Shown: positions 17,301 to 44,903 of the stretch, piece by piece | How the letters are laid out: each line of letters opens with the position of its first letter | Position numbering within the stretch: position 1 is the stretch's first letter | Assembly (NCBI GenBank): GCA_012295275.1 | Contig: CM022675.1 | Location: 17,236,001 to 17,300,000 of the forward strand | Origin: Chrysomallon squamiferum | Lineage: Eukaryota; Animalia; Mollusca | DNA: 64,000 nt | Direction of reading: 5' to 3' | The notes under the pieces: model-generated | Seen by the model: only the letters and a program-made list of their open reading frames with translations | What the model was told of the DNA's origin: nothing | The model's database searches: none | Position numbers and translations under genes: made by a program

Positions 17301-20300
17301 ATGTAGATTATTAGAATGAAAGTAAAATTACTATGGTTAGCATAGTTTTTTTTTTTAAATTATTTTTGTTATTATTATTAAATCAGTTGTTGAAAATAAA
17401 ACAGTCAGTCAGCCATATGATTTTTTTCACCAGATTAGAAATCTTCAGAAATGCATATATTTGAAGGTTGAAGTTATATCACAGTTCCAAATAAATTGGT
17501 GTGTGAATAGTTAGTTAAGAAAAGTAATTAAAATGAAATTTTTAAGTTATTATATGCTAATCTTTATTGTGTTGTGTTTGTAATATCAATGTAAATTATC
17601 ATTACAATATTATCAATAGGAATATAAATGTTGTATACGTATTCCCACTCTCAGAAAAATGTATACTTCAATATTTACTTAAAGAGTGGCCATGATATTA
17701 TTTGTCAAATAAAATACACAATTAATGCACCTCAGAGCCATGCGCTATAGCATTATCATACTGGCTTATCAGAACTTTAAGGTCCATATCAGCAATTACT
17801 TTTATTTTGCTCTATTCTGTTTTATTCTCTTATTTTCTGTTCTGTCCTATCATGTCCTATTTTTATAATGATTTTTCAATGTTTCATCTTGTCAGGATTG
17901 TATAAGAAAGGAGAATGACTATGTTAACAATTCTGGTGATTTGAAGAAAAAATATGAGGCATCTTGCAAACAGCTAGGAATACAGGGCAAAAAGATTAAA
18001 TCAGAGTTATCTGCTCTTGTCAGAGATCTTCCTTCTGAGTACAGTAAATTAGCAGAGAAAAGTCAAGGATTAGAAAATGTCATAGACTACTATGAAACTT
18101 TTAGCAAATTTGTACTCAACAGGTAAAATTTACATCAGAATTATAGTTTCTAATGCAGTATACACATTATTTTGTAATACAAAAGTCAAAAAATTATTTA
18201 TATATTTCTAGTTGTAGTTTTAGCTTTCACTATACACCAGTCTTTGATGTTAATAAATACAATAACATAAAAAGCCAGTGAAATGATTCACATTCTCCTT
18301 TGTTTCTTTTTATGTGATTTCAGAATTAGAAAGATGATCTCACCACATGGAGGGGTGCACAAATTTAAATTCTACATAATCCATTAACTGGTTAACCCTG
18401 TTTTAAATAATATTCTTTATTTTTGTATATTAGTAATAATATGTATATTATAAAACTTTTGATTGAAATAAATAAATTATGACAAGTTTCTTTATTATTT
18501 AAAACAACATAAGATTTCAAAGAGCATTTCTTTCTGTTCTCTAGTTAAATTCTAAATAAACCTGTATGAATATTTAATTTTACTCTCTTCTTCTTTTTTT
18601 GTAATACAGTTTAAATAGTTACGATACATTGCTAAAAGCATGGCAGTGTTTTGTTACCAATAATTGATGTGTGTTTGATAAATTGAAAGAATAAGTAATA
18701 ATTTCTGACATTGTTAAATTAAGTAATGACGAAAAGCAAATATTGAAATGCATTGATTTCCAGCCATGTGCTAAGGCACAGATAATATCAAAATAGGTAA
18801 AAGCAATTAAAGTAACTTTTTATTTCTTCTACCCCAAAGAAAAGAAATAAATTGATGGTTATATTATCATACTTGTATTACAATTATTAATGCTGATCTG
18901 CATCTGTTTCCAGTATGAAAACTACTCCCAAAATTACAGTTCTTAGTTAAGACAAGAACTGTTCAAGGGGCAGTGCAGCATAGAAAACGAAAGAATGTTA
19001 CTCTCTGCATATGTTAATATTGATGGACTTACTCAGATACCATTAGCTTATTTTTATTCTTCTTCTTATTTTTTATATTTTTTATTGTATCATTAAAAAT
19101 TAAAATTGAAATTCTATTGTTTTGTTAGTCACTGATAAAATGTACATGGTTTAATTCAAATAATGGTACCTGTTAAACACACTGATATTGTAAACTTGGT
19201 TTTATTAAATATTTATTTCAAACTACTTTTGTTGTTGTTTTTTCAGAGAAGAACTAGGGGAAGTAAGTGTACCTATGCTTCGGCATGTTATTGCCAATGG
19301 GAACACCACAACATATCACTGGAAGTATGGCAGAAAGCCAGATCAAGTTGAAGAAATGTCTATAGTTATAGATACAACAGATGAAGAGGATACAGTGAAA
19401 AATCCAGGCACAGTAAGATTTTTTAAAATTATTTTCTTTATTAGAAATCCAGAACATTCTGTTTAATAAAGCTCTATAATTAATTATAGGATTTTCTCTT
19501 TACTCCTCACCCAACATAAGATTGCATTAACTTGTACATTTTGTACATTATGCATATGTATCTGGCTAAAAATAATACAACAGAAGCATTTGAAATTAAA
19601 ATGGCTGTTCCTTTATTTTATTCTATGAAAAATTTGGAATGAAACAGTTGTTTTAGTTGATATGTTTTAAAATCTATTGAAAATGATAGATGTATATACT
19701 TTCATGTTGTGACTCCTTTGAGCATCGCCCTGCTGTGTGCTGTAATGACTGTTTGTATTTCAGATTGACTGGGTTGATGACACAGGAGATGCTGATGGCA
19801 GTGAAGTGATAGAATTTGGAGACAACATTGAATTTGATATTTCAGAAATAACACTTGAAGATACAGGGATTCAGGTAGAATCTCAAGTAGGTTTTTTTTT
19901 AAATTTGTACAAAACTAATTATCCATGGCTTTCTGCTGCTTTCTTCATCTTGATTTTTAGTCTTAGTCAGCAAGTACAGAAATATTATAATTTTATTATT
20001 ATTTATTCATTTGAATAAACATTTGAAAAGTAACATGGAGTATTGAAAACGACAGTGGAAGAAATTGTACCTGCTTTCACCATACTGTGAATTGTTCTTA
20101 CTGATCTTTATGATTCCTTTCCCAAGGAGTATTTTTTTAAAACTTTTTTGATAATGTAGTTGTAGTCCACTGGCTGGAACAGGAAAAGTGCCATTGTGAA
20201 CATGGAGAAGACTGACCTTGCAGCCAGTTACGTTTGAGCTGCCCTCCAGATCCTGATTTTTAATTAGTGTTAGAAAGAAACAGTTATATGTTTTTATGTT

Positions 20301-23051
20301 TTAGACAAAGCCAGGTGAAACAGGTGCTGGGGATGCTGGGACAGATGTAGACAGTGACATTGCCAACGGGATAGCCAAAGGAGAGAATGCTTTGACTATT
20401 CTGGATAACCCTAAAACAAGAAATGAATTTCTTAATGATCTTTATGAAGTATGATTTTTCACATTATACTGATATAAATAAAACAAATAAAAGTGTATGA
20501 AACTGAAATTTGTCTTAAAATGTTTTTTAAGATAATATTTTATTTACAGTATCTGTTAATAATTATTAAATATATATATAAAACTAAAATTTTTTATTTC
20601 TGATCTTACCTTTGAAAAAGATTTACTAGACTGTTAAAAAAATATTGTTTCTTCTGACAGCTTGAGGCTTTCCTAATACAGAGGTTAAATGAGGTGAAAA
20701 ATGAGGAGGAGGTTTTGTCTGGCAATCAGTTCCAGTCTGCACCCCAATCCATTCAGATTGATACTGTCTCCGTAGCAACCATGTTGAATGATGTGAGATC
20801 AATTATCAACCAGCTCACTTCAGTTCAGATGCAGCACTTAATGCTCATCCATGACTCACCCAGGTACTCGCATCATCAAAACAGAGACTGTACATACTCT
20901 AACAGAAATAATAGTGATATTTCTAATTACAGTCAGCTGCTGTTTAATGAACACACTGCACAGAATACCAGTGTTTGCATTAAGTTTTGAATCAGCTGTT
21001 TAAATAAAGAAAATGTCTCTTGGCAAACAGCTAAATATAAAACAATCCATTAAAGCAGGAAACAGTAATTTTAGAATACTCTTGCTATTGTGAAACATGG
21101 TAGTAATGGGAAATAACTAATGGAATGATGGGATATCTATATAAGCCATGGATGTAGTTAATTTTATTTTTTTATATTCAGATTATGTTTTTATTTTGTT
21201 TATCTAGTTGATACAATTTAGAGAGAATTTTTGGGGTGTTTTGACGCCAGATTAAATATTGCTGAAAAAATGCATATAATATCTTGTTAATGATATTGCA
21301 TGTATTTAATAAAGGACCACAATAAAAATATTTTTATTGCTTAATGATACTGAATTAGTTGTTCCACTAAAAAATATGCAAAGAAAAGTTCATGGAAACA
21401 CTAGAACATTTAACACTTACACACTGATAATACTGTCTATAAACCTTATTGTGTTTATACCAAATAACAATTTATTTGATGATAGAAAAGTTAAGTTCAT
21501 ATTTATAGTACTATTTAAAAACTAATTCTGATTAGTAAAATGTACTAAATGAGTGTACATTAAATGAAATAAAGAATAATGTTCATTCTCATAATGCTGT
21601 CTGAAAAAACTAATTCAATTTAGCAGTTATACTAAGTACCAAGTTAATGTTTCCAAAAACCTATTTCTGTTTTGTATATTGTACAAAATGATAGTACATT
21701 AGGTGAAATAAAAAGTAATGTTTATACTAATAATACTGTTTAAGGAACTAATTCTGCTTGGGAAATTATATTAAATCAAATATGTTTGTTGGAGGAAAAG
21801 GTAAAGTTCATTGTGGCAGTGTGTTAAGGACAAATTTCTACGTGTAGCTGAATATCCAGATGCAGCAGAAACAATTTTTTTATTGAATAACAGCTTAAGT
21901 GCAGTCTGCCATAACTATTAGCTACTTTAAATTATTAACAGTATGTGATAGAAAATAAAATGGAAGTGTTTGTCTTAATTCAGCCTATGATATCAAAAAG
22001 AGAGTGATGTCCGAACAGCTGATAATTTTTATGAGAAAGAAACCTGATTACACTGAAGGGTTTCTCTTATATAGAAGCAGAAAGCACAAACCAGTTTTGA
22101 TGTATCAGTGAGGAAAAATATTCACACAGATGAGTTATGCCTACAAACTGCTGATATATGATAGCTAACAGTGAATCCACTAAAAACATTTTATAAAAAC
22201 TCTGCAATGAGTGGCTTTGAAGTATAATACATAACATATGAGAAATAGTTATTTTTAACACCCCATAATATATTTAAAAAAAACTGCAATATAAATATTT
22301 CCTGACTTTGTTTCAGTATTACTAACCATGTTTGAATTGAACTAGTATTATTTTATTTGTATTACAGTTACTTCACTGCATTGTTCTGGTTCATACAAAT
22401 TATATTATTTGATATTTGATTTACAGTTACATTATGTTTTTATCAATGATTATTTTGGTGTTGTAGATATGTAGATAGACTGCGTGACAGGCTCAGACAG
22501 ACATTACAGTTGTCAGAGAAAATGCTGTTTTACGAGAAAGAGATGGCAGTCAAGAGGAAACAAGCGTTACTAGAACAGGCAACACTGGAGCCTAAACTAG
22601 ACGTTCTCATTGAGAACACAAGAACCATGCAAAAACAGGTTATTACTACAATTATTATTATCATCATCATCTAAGAAAAAAAGTATCACCATAGCCAATT
22701 TTCTAACTTTGCAATACAGGGAAAAATTAAAACAAGCATAAAACAAGCATAAAACAAAACATTTCTTAAATTCTGACTTCTTGCACTCTTCTGTTGAACA
22801 TTAGTTACATGTAAAAGTTATGGATTCCATAAGATAAATAAATAAATAAATAGTATTACAGTAAAATAATTGATTTACCATTAGATTACGTTTTTATTTT
22901 CTTTTGTGTGTTAAGAATGTTTATTGTGTTCATATGATGTTTCCTGAGTTAAATTTTATTTTTATTTTAAATGTTTCAGATGGAAGGTGAAATTTCCAAG
23001 AAATATAAAGGAAGAATTGTGAATATCATGGGAGAAATAAACATGATGTGA
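14366..23051 (+). CDS. CDK5RAP3: CDK5 regulatory subunit-associated protein 3 (C53/LZAP; UFMylation and ER-phagy adaptor), ~507-511 aa. Exons 14366-14423, 15097-15228, 15751-15851, 16897-16945, 17130-17218, 17896-18122, 19247-19412, 19764-19874 (or 19886), 20305-20448, 20661-20863, 22467-22638, 22980-23051.
   Basis: The spliced frame gives MSDDNIQNLPIDIHYNKLLDWLINRRHC...NVNYEVPALKKQI...GNTTTYHWKYG..IDW...GIAKGENALTILDNPKTRNEFLNDLYELEAFLIQR...SPRYVDRL...EGEISKKYKGRIVNIMGEINMM*. This matches family hallmarks (PIDI..KLLDWL..RRHC; ISK.Y.GR.VN.MG). All introns are GT-AG. Confidence 0.96.
20146..20250 (-). mobile_element. Degenerate SINE-like fragment (related traces near 7870-7905, 39120-39205, 42275-42320, 63480-63585, 63758-63790)
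   Basis: Relatively GC-rich intronic patch TTTTGATAATGTAGTTGTAGTCCACTGGCTGGAACAGGAAAAGTGCCATTG. The GGCTGGAA.G.AAA motif recurs at ~7889. The fragments resemble, from memory and unverified, a gastropod tRNA-derived SINE consensus. Confidence 0.4.
21420..21840. repeat. Decayed tandem repeat (~86-bp unit) in CDK5RAP3 intron 10
   Basis: A motif like ATAATACTGT.T.A.AAACTAATTCTG recurs at ~21427, 21505, 21591, 21644, 21730 and 21817. Segment 21541-21616 aligns with 21680-21754. Confidence 0.5.
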
Positions 23052-23850
23052 TATAATTAAATGACAGCAAAGTGGATTATTGTTTACACTTTGGGAAAAA
23101 CATAAATACAGAACAGTTAAAATTTTAACTAAAATTATAAAACAAGGAAATGTTTTTGAAAATAGAAAATATTAAAAGTTAAAATTTTGTCAAAAATTAA
23201 TGGTTTAAATAGAATTTGAATTAAAAAGTATTTATAAAATACAATCAGTATATATTATATTATTTTATCATTTTACAAATATTTTCGAGATGGATATTGT
23301 AATAGTTAATAACATTATTTATATTTATTTTATTTATCAAAACCTGTATATGAGCATAAATGATATACAAACTTTATTTATTTCAAATATGTGAATTATT
23401 ACAAAGATGATGTAAGCTGAATATGTGTTATTAATGCAGTTGCTGTTTGACTGGTGAAGACCAACCTTTCAAAAATCACAAAATTCTGGTTGAACTATAA
23501 ACAGCTCAAGGGATATCACTTTCTTGTGCTATCTTGATATTTTAATATTGTTATGCATCTACATTATAATAAAAAATAACAAACAAATTCACCAGCTTTG
23601 TTTGTGGAGTTCATTATCAGTGAATGGAAATTTATTATGGGTTAAGAAAACATTTGTAGAATGAAAGTATCGGTATAGAAGCTGCATATGAACAGCTTTG
23701 TAGTAGAGATTTGTCTTCATTACAGTAAGAAAACACTTAACTGTCCTGTTTGTTGTAAAAATCGGTACCACTTAGGTCTATAATATAACATTTTGCATTA
23801 ATGATGACTGAATAAAAAAAAAAAAGGAACTTTAAATATAACTACTGGTT

Positions 23851-24014
<164 letters not shown>

Positions 24015-25988
24015 ATTCATCTATCTGGATATGTTCTGCCATTGTAATGTGATATTGTAAGGTATATCAAAATTGTCGGGGTGTTCTAAAAACTTCAAAT
24101 GGTATATACACTTTATCTTTGCTACCAATGAAAACGTAATATTTTTACTGTAGACGAAGTTTTCGTTGTGTATTTTGTGAAATTTTTGTCATCTAATTTA
24201 ATCATGAACTAGATTAATGACAATGCAAGAAAAATTATACTTAACTAGATGATGACAGGAGTTTTACTGACAACGCAAATCTATTTGGTCAAATATTTCC
24301 CAACAGCCTGAAGTTCTAGCTGTGCTAACGTCCTTCAGAGGTATCATTAAAGTCGGAATTCTGGGACTTCTGTCTACAGAAAGATATCAGCTTTTCATTG
24401 TCTATCATTAGATCATCACGAATCTGAAATTTTAAGAAATTTGAATATATCTTCCAGGAAACGTAACGCATTTAACTCCGTGGAGATTGATAGCTGTAAG
24501 TGCGAGTAAATAACCTAATCTGTTGTGATAAATAGCCAAACCAGCGGTTACTGATTTGTTTTATAGCAGTAATGTATCAGTTAATCTTTTTTCTTTTTTT
24601 TCTCTCGTACATATCTTTGTTAACTTTTGTCTTTTCTACATGTATTGTTAACATTAGCTGGACGTTTAATTTCAAATCAACACAGTATATACATTGTTCA
24701 TATTTCTAACAGTTTCTAATCTCTTAGAAACTCTCTATGAATGTCATGTGTACTTTTATTATTAGCTGTCTGATTCTGTTTTGACGTCTGATCGAGAGAG
24801 ACATAAGCTAAAATGTGTCTACATATATTGTCTTTAATTCACTTACCCATGATTTATACCAGAGTTAGTGTAAGTATTTCTTCATTTTGTGAACTAGTTA
24901 AATAAAATATCTACGTATCTGTCCACTTACTCATTGAACTCAACCCACTGTAGATGAGGTAAATTCTCTAGAATATTCGTGTTTCTTTTTAACAGCTATG
25001 ATGGATTACCATCTGAAAAGAAGTCGAATAATCATCTTAATCATCTTCAGTTACTTGAAATGTGTTTCAGATTCAGAATCAAATATCGGTATTTCCTTCC
25101 TTTTTCAGATTTTATTGAAAAAAACAAAAACTTGATTTAATGACAATGCTTTTGTTATTGTGTTAAATGTATTTATAAAAATAGCTGCATTCTGCATAAT
25201 AAGTTCATCGACCACGTCCTAGTATTCGATTTGAAACATCACGACTTGTGGCTGGGTAATTATTGGACGCTGTTGTAACTTAATCAGACTGTTGTAGTGA
25301 TAGAGTGACATCACTCTGGCTTAGACAGCAGAAACAAAACGTGGTGGACACGCTGCAAGAGAAGAGGCTGAGGTTACTATATTATTGCTGTTCTCTGTCT
25401 AAAGGTATGACATTTTAAATATGGTTAAATTGTTCAGTATGCTGGAAACAGCTTGTGAACATTCGTTTTATTTTTTTTTTTTTTTTAATTAAATTTAAAG
25501 TTGATACAGTTTACGATACACCTTACCTGTCACTACTAATACTGATAATAGCACAATGCAATGTGGTGACGATGATGGTTATCGGATAGTGATAATCTTT
25601 TAATCGTTTCTTAAGGTTGTTATTGCTGTTATCATTATTGTATGTTTTAATATTGGGTAAATTCTGTTTATAGCTACATATATTAAAATAGGTAAAATAA
25701 TTTTTACGTGTAATTCTGTAAACAGACAGTCTGCTTGAAATTAAAAAATGATTTTGTTTTGTTCAGAGTTCAAATATGTAGTTGTTTGTCATGGTATTAC
25801 ATTACAGTTTTGAAAATGACTATCGAGGTTAAAAAAAAAAAAAAAACAACAACAACCTAACTTTCATTCAGTTAAATGCAGTTATCACTAATTTAGCGGT
25901 AGAATATTTAAAATAATTAAATTAAATAGAAGTATTATTGAAAAACGATTATATTACGTTGCTGTTTATATGTGGATGAAGTCCAATA

Positions 25989-26073
<85 letters not shown>

Positions 26074-29015
26074 CTCCCCCCCCGCTGTATTATCTATATA
26101 CAGCGATATCAATCTCTTAATAATATATATGTGTATGTGTGTACATACATATATATATATATATAATCTATTTAAAATGTACACATATGTACATGTGATA
26201 ATTATATTTCTTTGTGTATACGTACGTGCTTAACTTTATATTCACCACCACACCCACACACCCCTCTCCATAACCCTCCCGCCACAGATATTTTGTGCGA
26301 AATGGATTTTTATACTTTCGAAACGAAACAAAACGAGATAGAATTTATCTTGCGATTCGAAACGAAATACGAAATAATACTCAGCCTCAAAATCTGCATT
26401 ACTTTTTTGCTTTCAGACAAGACGACTTAATTTTTATTGATCGAATCAAATTCTGCAAAAGCAGTCATGTTTAAACGCTAAGGAACATACAGCGCATCAC
26501 CAGGATCAAACTTTAAATTGCACGAAATTACAAACACATTGTCAGAGATAGATGTAAACAAAGTTATCAGACGTGTTTCTAGTAATTGGTAACTGTCGAA
26601 GGCAAATAAAACTGATACTACCGGACACATTACACAGAAATACGAAACTGGAGTACATTATGACTCGAAAGGAATTCGACAGACTTTTTCTTGGTTAGAA
26701 TTTCGCATATTCTTAATGTGTGTGTGTAATAATTTTTCCGTTTTGAGCATGGCATACATGTGTATGTACATTTGCGAGAGGGGAAAGATTAAGAGCACAT
26801 TAAACAGTCAGAGTTTATTAACGAATATTTGTAATTGTAAGTAAATAAATACAGTTTATGTTTCACCGAAGTAATGCGACTAGAATAAACAGCGAACCCA
26901 CTGAACCTGTACTCGAATGTGCACTCGTGGCCTAAATGTCCGAAGGTTGATGATCTGTGGAAAAATAATATCTCAAGGCATTGATTTGTGTCTGCGTATA
27001 AAAATTAATTTAAAAATATGTTTTATTAACTCTCCAAGGCTTTAACGATTTATCATAATAACCTGTAACAACACAAAGATGAGTTTCCTAAACCTAACTA
27101 AATTACAGTTCTATTTAAAATAGTACAAACTAATACCTTGTGATATAGCTGCCACTGAACTGCAGCCTACAAATCGATAAAATTACTTAATTCATTAAAT
27201 TACATTTCAAGAAAGTAAATCGCGCATTATGTTTTGCATTAAATAATGTGGTCCTGTCATTTAATGGAAGTACAAATTAATAGTGAGGGAATACCAGGTA
27301 ATATAAATGCATACTATTTTTTGTATTTCTTAAAAGCTTCCCCTCTTTGCTATTCAGTGACTGATATATCAGACACATGTACATAATTTGCCTACTCTTT
27401 GGTACTTGCAAATCGTCTTTAACAGCTATATCTATCAATGCATTTTGTTTTCTTTCAAACCTATTTCTATCTTTATGTTGAGTGTTTGACATTTTTTTTT
27501 TTTTTTTTTTTTTTGTGCTCACTTTTGAAGCCGCAGTTTACATAAATGATTACATGGATCAAAGCATCATTTCATTGAAAGTACACGCAGTAGTTGAAAC
27601 AGCCTTGATTTTCAATTAAGTTTCAACTAAAGCAGATTAACATTTGAGAATAACTGAAGGTTAATCAAAAAAAATTAATAATAATAAAAAGTTGTTGAGA
27701 AGAACTAGAACTATTAATAGAAGTGAAACTTTTGTAAACACGGACATTGAAAAGAGTTTTAGGTTAAGTGTTATGAAATCCTATTATTGATGTCCTGCTT
27801 TTTTCTTTTCTTTTTTCCCTGCTTTGGGTCACATTAAATTACAATATCAAGTACTGAAAACACAAAGTTATGTCATTCTGCGAGATAGGACGCAAATAAA
27901 ATTAAAACAACATGAATAATTAAACATAGACACACACACCTATACACTTCTCCCATAAACACATAACTATTTATCATTGTAACCCACTAGAAATTAGGAT
28001 ATAAGGATCGAAAAGATACTCATATTGATACGTCTTGTATTTTATTTTAAATATTTATTAACATAGAAAAAAAACACTTTTAAAACAGAAAGAAAACCGA
28101 AAAGAAGAATAACAATAAAAAAATAAATAAATAAAAATAAAAATGAATAAATAGAAATAAGGTAAAAAAAAAAAAAAAAAAAAAAAAAATAAAGAAAGAA
28201 AAAAGAAAAAGAAATGAAAAAGAGAGCAAAAAAGTATCCTTCTTCTATCAGTTTACAGCGATTAACTGTAAACTCTGTTTGTATAGCTCATTACCGTTAA
28301 AGAAAATATGCTAATATTAATTTATAAGCTTGAGAAATGTGCCAGATGTAAAACATAAATTAAAATGCACTTTTCGAATGTATATGAAGTAACTCGGTTT
28401 ATAATTATTATAAATTATATTTTATTTAAAGATAGGAAACTGTAAATGCAAATATAACCGTTTCAAACTTTTTTTCTTAATATATTTTTTCATGAAACAT
28501 ATCTTCTATTTTATTTTTGTTTTGTTTTGTGAGGTTTTTTTTTTATACGACTAGCAGGTACAGCAGGTGTATTAATATTATTTTTTATGTTTTTAATTCT
28601 TTTCTTAATGCATTCTTGAATTACTTTTTGTTCTTATTAGTTCTTCGTTCTACATTAAAAGATTTCAGGAAAACGTTGAAGAACTTTTTTTGATGTTTCG
28701 AAATATTTAATAAGCAATGGAATACGTTGCTTTCTCCATTTTGGCTTTAAGAATTTAGCTATGTAGAAATGCAGTATGACTTGTAATTCTATCATACATA
28801 TAAAGATAGTGCTACAAATGCTAACCCCTTTAAACCGTAAACTGCTAGCACCTCCGTAGAAAAACATTACAACATCGGTATTTCGAAACAGCCTTAACTG
28901 CCAGCGATCATTAATTCCATAATTTAATGTCCTCTACTTCATCAGCACTGTCACTCCGGCCTTATTACATCTCTCTTATCTGAACGTTCTGGTTTTGTTT
29001 TGGATTATTCCAGTC

Positions 29016-42606
<13,591 letters not shown>

Positions 42607-43331
42607 CATGAAAATGTACACTTGTTAAAAGACTGAGTTAAAACAGTTGATTTGGTGTATTCAGCTTTCACAATAAAATGAATTTCCTAATAAAAAAATG
42701 TATTAATGCCACACAATGGGTAATCATCAATCTGTGTGCCTGGAAGACGCCTGCCGAAGGAAGTGTTCTCTTGTCGAAGGAAGTTTAAAACATTGAAATA
42801 GTTCCGGCTGGTTGATAGAATATACTTGAAGCTATTTTAATATCTGGTTTTGGTACAGTGCACAGAGTTACATGGCTTCGAGTCTTTATTCTTGAATTTA
42901 TTTAGTGAATATAACTACATTTTATTTAACTCAACTGATAATTGTAAAATTATTCTACTGAAATAATAACCACTTTACTTTTCTGTAATATTGTAAGTTA
43001 AAAAGTTACTGTTCGCTTTCGAAGAACAACCAAATGTTAAAATCATCATTATACAAATGAAAAGTAAACGTCTAAAGGAATTTTAATTAAACAGATTTTT
43101 TTTAACAAATATATCATTATAGGCTGATACTTATCTCATCACATTAAGGTTAAATTCACATACGTCAATCGTAGAGATAGATTGTCTAATTATTTTGTAC
43201 TGGTCTACGTCATTGATAACTATATTCTCTGAAGATCAACAAGCAATAAAAAATAAAACGAGTTAAAAATCATTAATATGTCGTTGTATCCATCAGATTT
43301 TATGATTATGATGATGATGATGATGATGATG

Positions 43332-43370
<39 letters not shown>

Positions 43371-43681
43371 TGCCAGACTAAACCACAGAATGTCCTCACT
43401 CTTTACTTTGGGATACGTTTAAGCGCACAAATAAAAATAACTTTTCTCTATATAATTCTATTTCCATGTTGTGCTTTGTCAGCTACGATCTTCAAAACTG
43501 AATGACGTATTAATGCATACGTCTTACCAGAGGGTCCAATATTTTGAAGAAAAGTTTGTTACATTTATATTTTCAAGAATCTTTTGAAAAATAATCCATT
43601 TGCGGAATGTTTATTTAAAGTTGTTTACATGTAAACGTTACTGCTTCTTTTAATATTTATTTACACATATTTATTGTGTGC

Positions 43682-43759
<78 letters not shown>

Positions 43760-44853
43760 AGAGGCAGATATAGAAAGTATTATGATTTATTTAATAACAT
43801 TTTTACTTCTATAGTGGAATACCAATGACTTGAATTATTATTATTATTTTTATTATTATTATTACGTAATAATGTTGTTGTTGTTATTTTTCATTGTTAT
43901 TATTAATTTTCACAGCTGCAATAATGCTACTGTATGGCTGTACATCAGGCTTCCAGATTTCCTTTTATTTATTAGAATTATTTTGAGTATTCTTATTATA
44001 TGATTGCTGCTTATACTACTTTCTTTGTATAAAGCGGTTTTGCGATTCATGACATTTCTGTGACTATTTATTTATTTATTTATTTGATTTGATTTGATTT
44101 TTTTTTTTTGTAAGCGTTACTTTTAACTGAGATATTTTTAATTTTATTATTATTATTGTTGTTTGTTGTTGTTATTGTTATCATTAATTCTGAATATCGA
44201 TGTTTCATACATAGCTTTCAAACTGAGAGTTTACAACATTTTATTGTTATTTGTATAAAATTATTGTTAACTGTTGAAGAAACGCGATTGTTATAAGTGA
44301 AATAAACTTTCAAATTATATTTCTTATAATGTGTATTTATCATTTATTTGTGCTGTATTTAGTTGAAGTTGTTCTTTGTGTGTGTGTGTGTGTAAACAAT
44401 AAAACAAACAAAAACAACAGTTAATAACAACAGTCATAATAATAATGTTGTTGTTGATGATGATGATAAAAAGTCAGAATAATTAATCAATTAGTAAGTA
44501 ACAGAGAATAACAACAATTAATAGTAGGCAATAAAATAAGTACGACGACTACAACAACATGTATATTTAATTATATTCTTACTGATAACAGTGTCAACGT
44601 TTTCCAATAATTATCAGGTCAATATCGTTAAAACTGATGAGGCAGCCAAGCATTATACTTGAATTTCAAATTATTTAAAGCGAAAAACGAGAGAAGAATT
44701 AAATTAATAAGGTGAAAAGAGGATGACACAGACTGAGAGAAGCTGATTAATACACTTTATTGTCGATGTATGAATTTAACAAGACACCAACAGTGTATTA
44801 ATTTGCTTTTAAAAACAATGATTTTATTCCTTAATAACTGGTCTACTTTATTT

Positions 44854-44903
<50 letters not shown>

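Noticed and set aside
24458-24495. Small exon-like segment upstream of rGC-B sharing AAACGTAAC with a putative rGC-A UTR exon
   Set aside because: A 9-nt match in AT-rich DNA is not significant, and UTR exons cannot be assigned without transcripts.
44634-44700. CTGATGA motifs (also 10501, and minus strand near 59203-59214) as hammerhead ribozyme cores
   Set aside because: No stem II followed by GAAA and no complementary stems I or III could be built.
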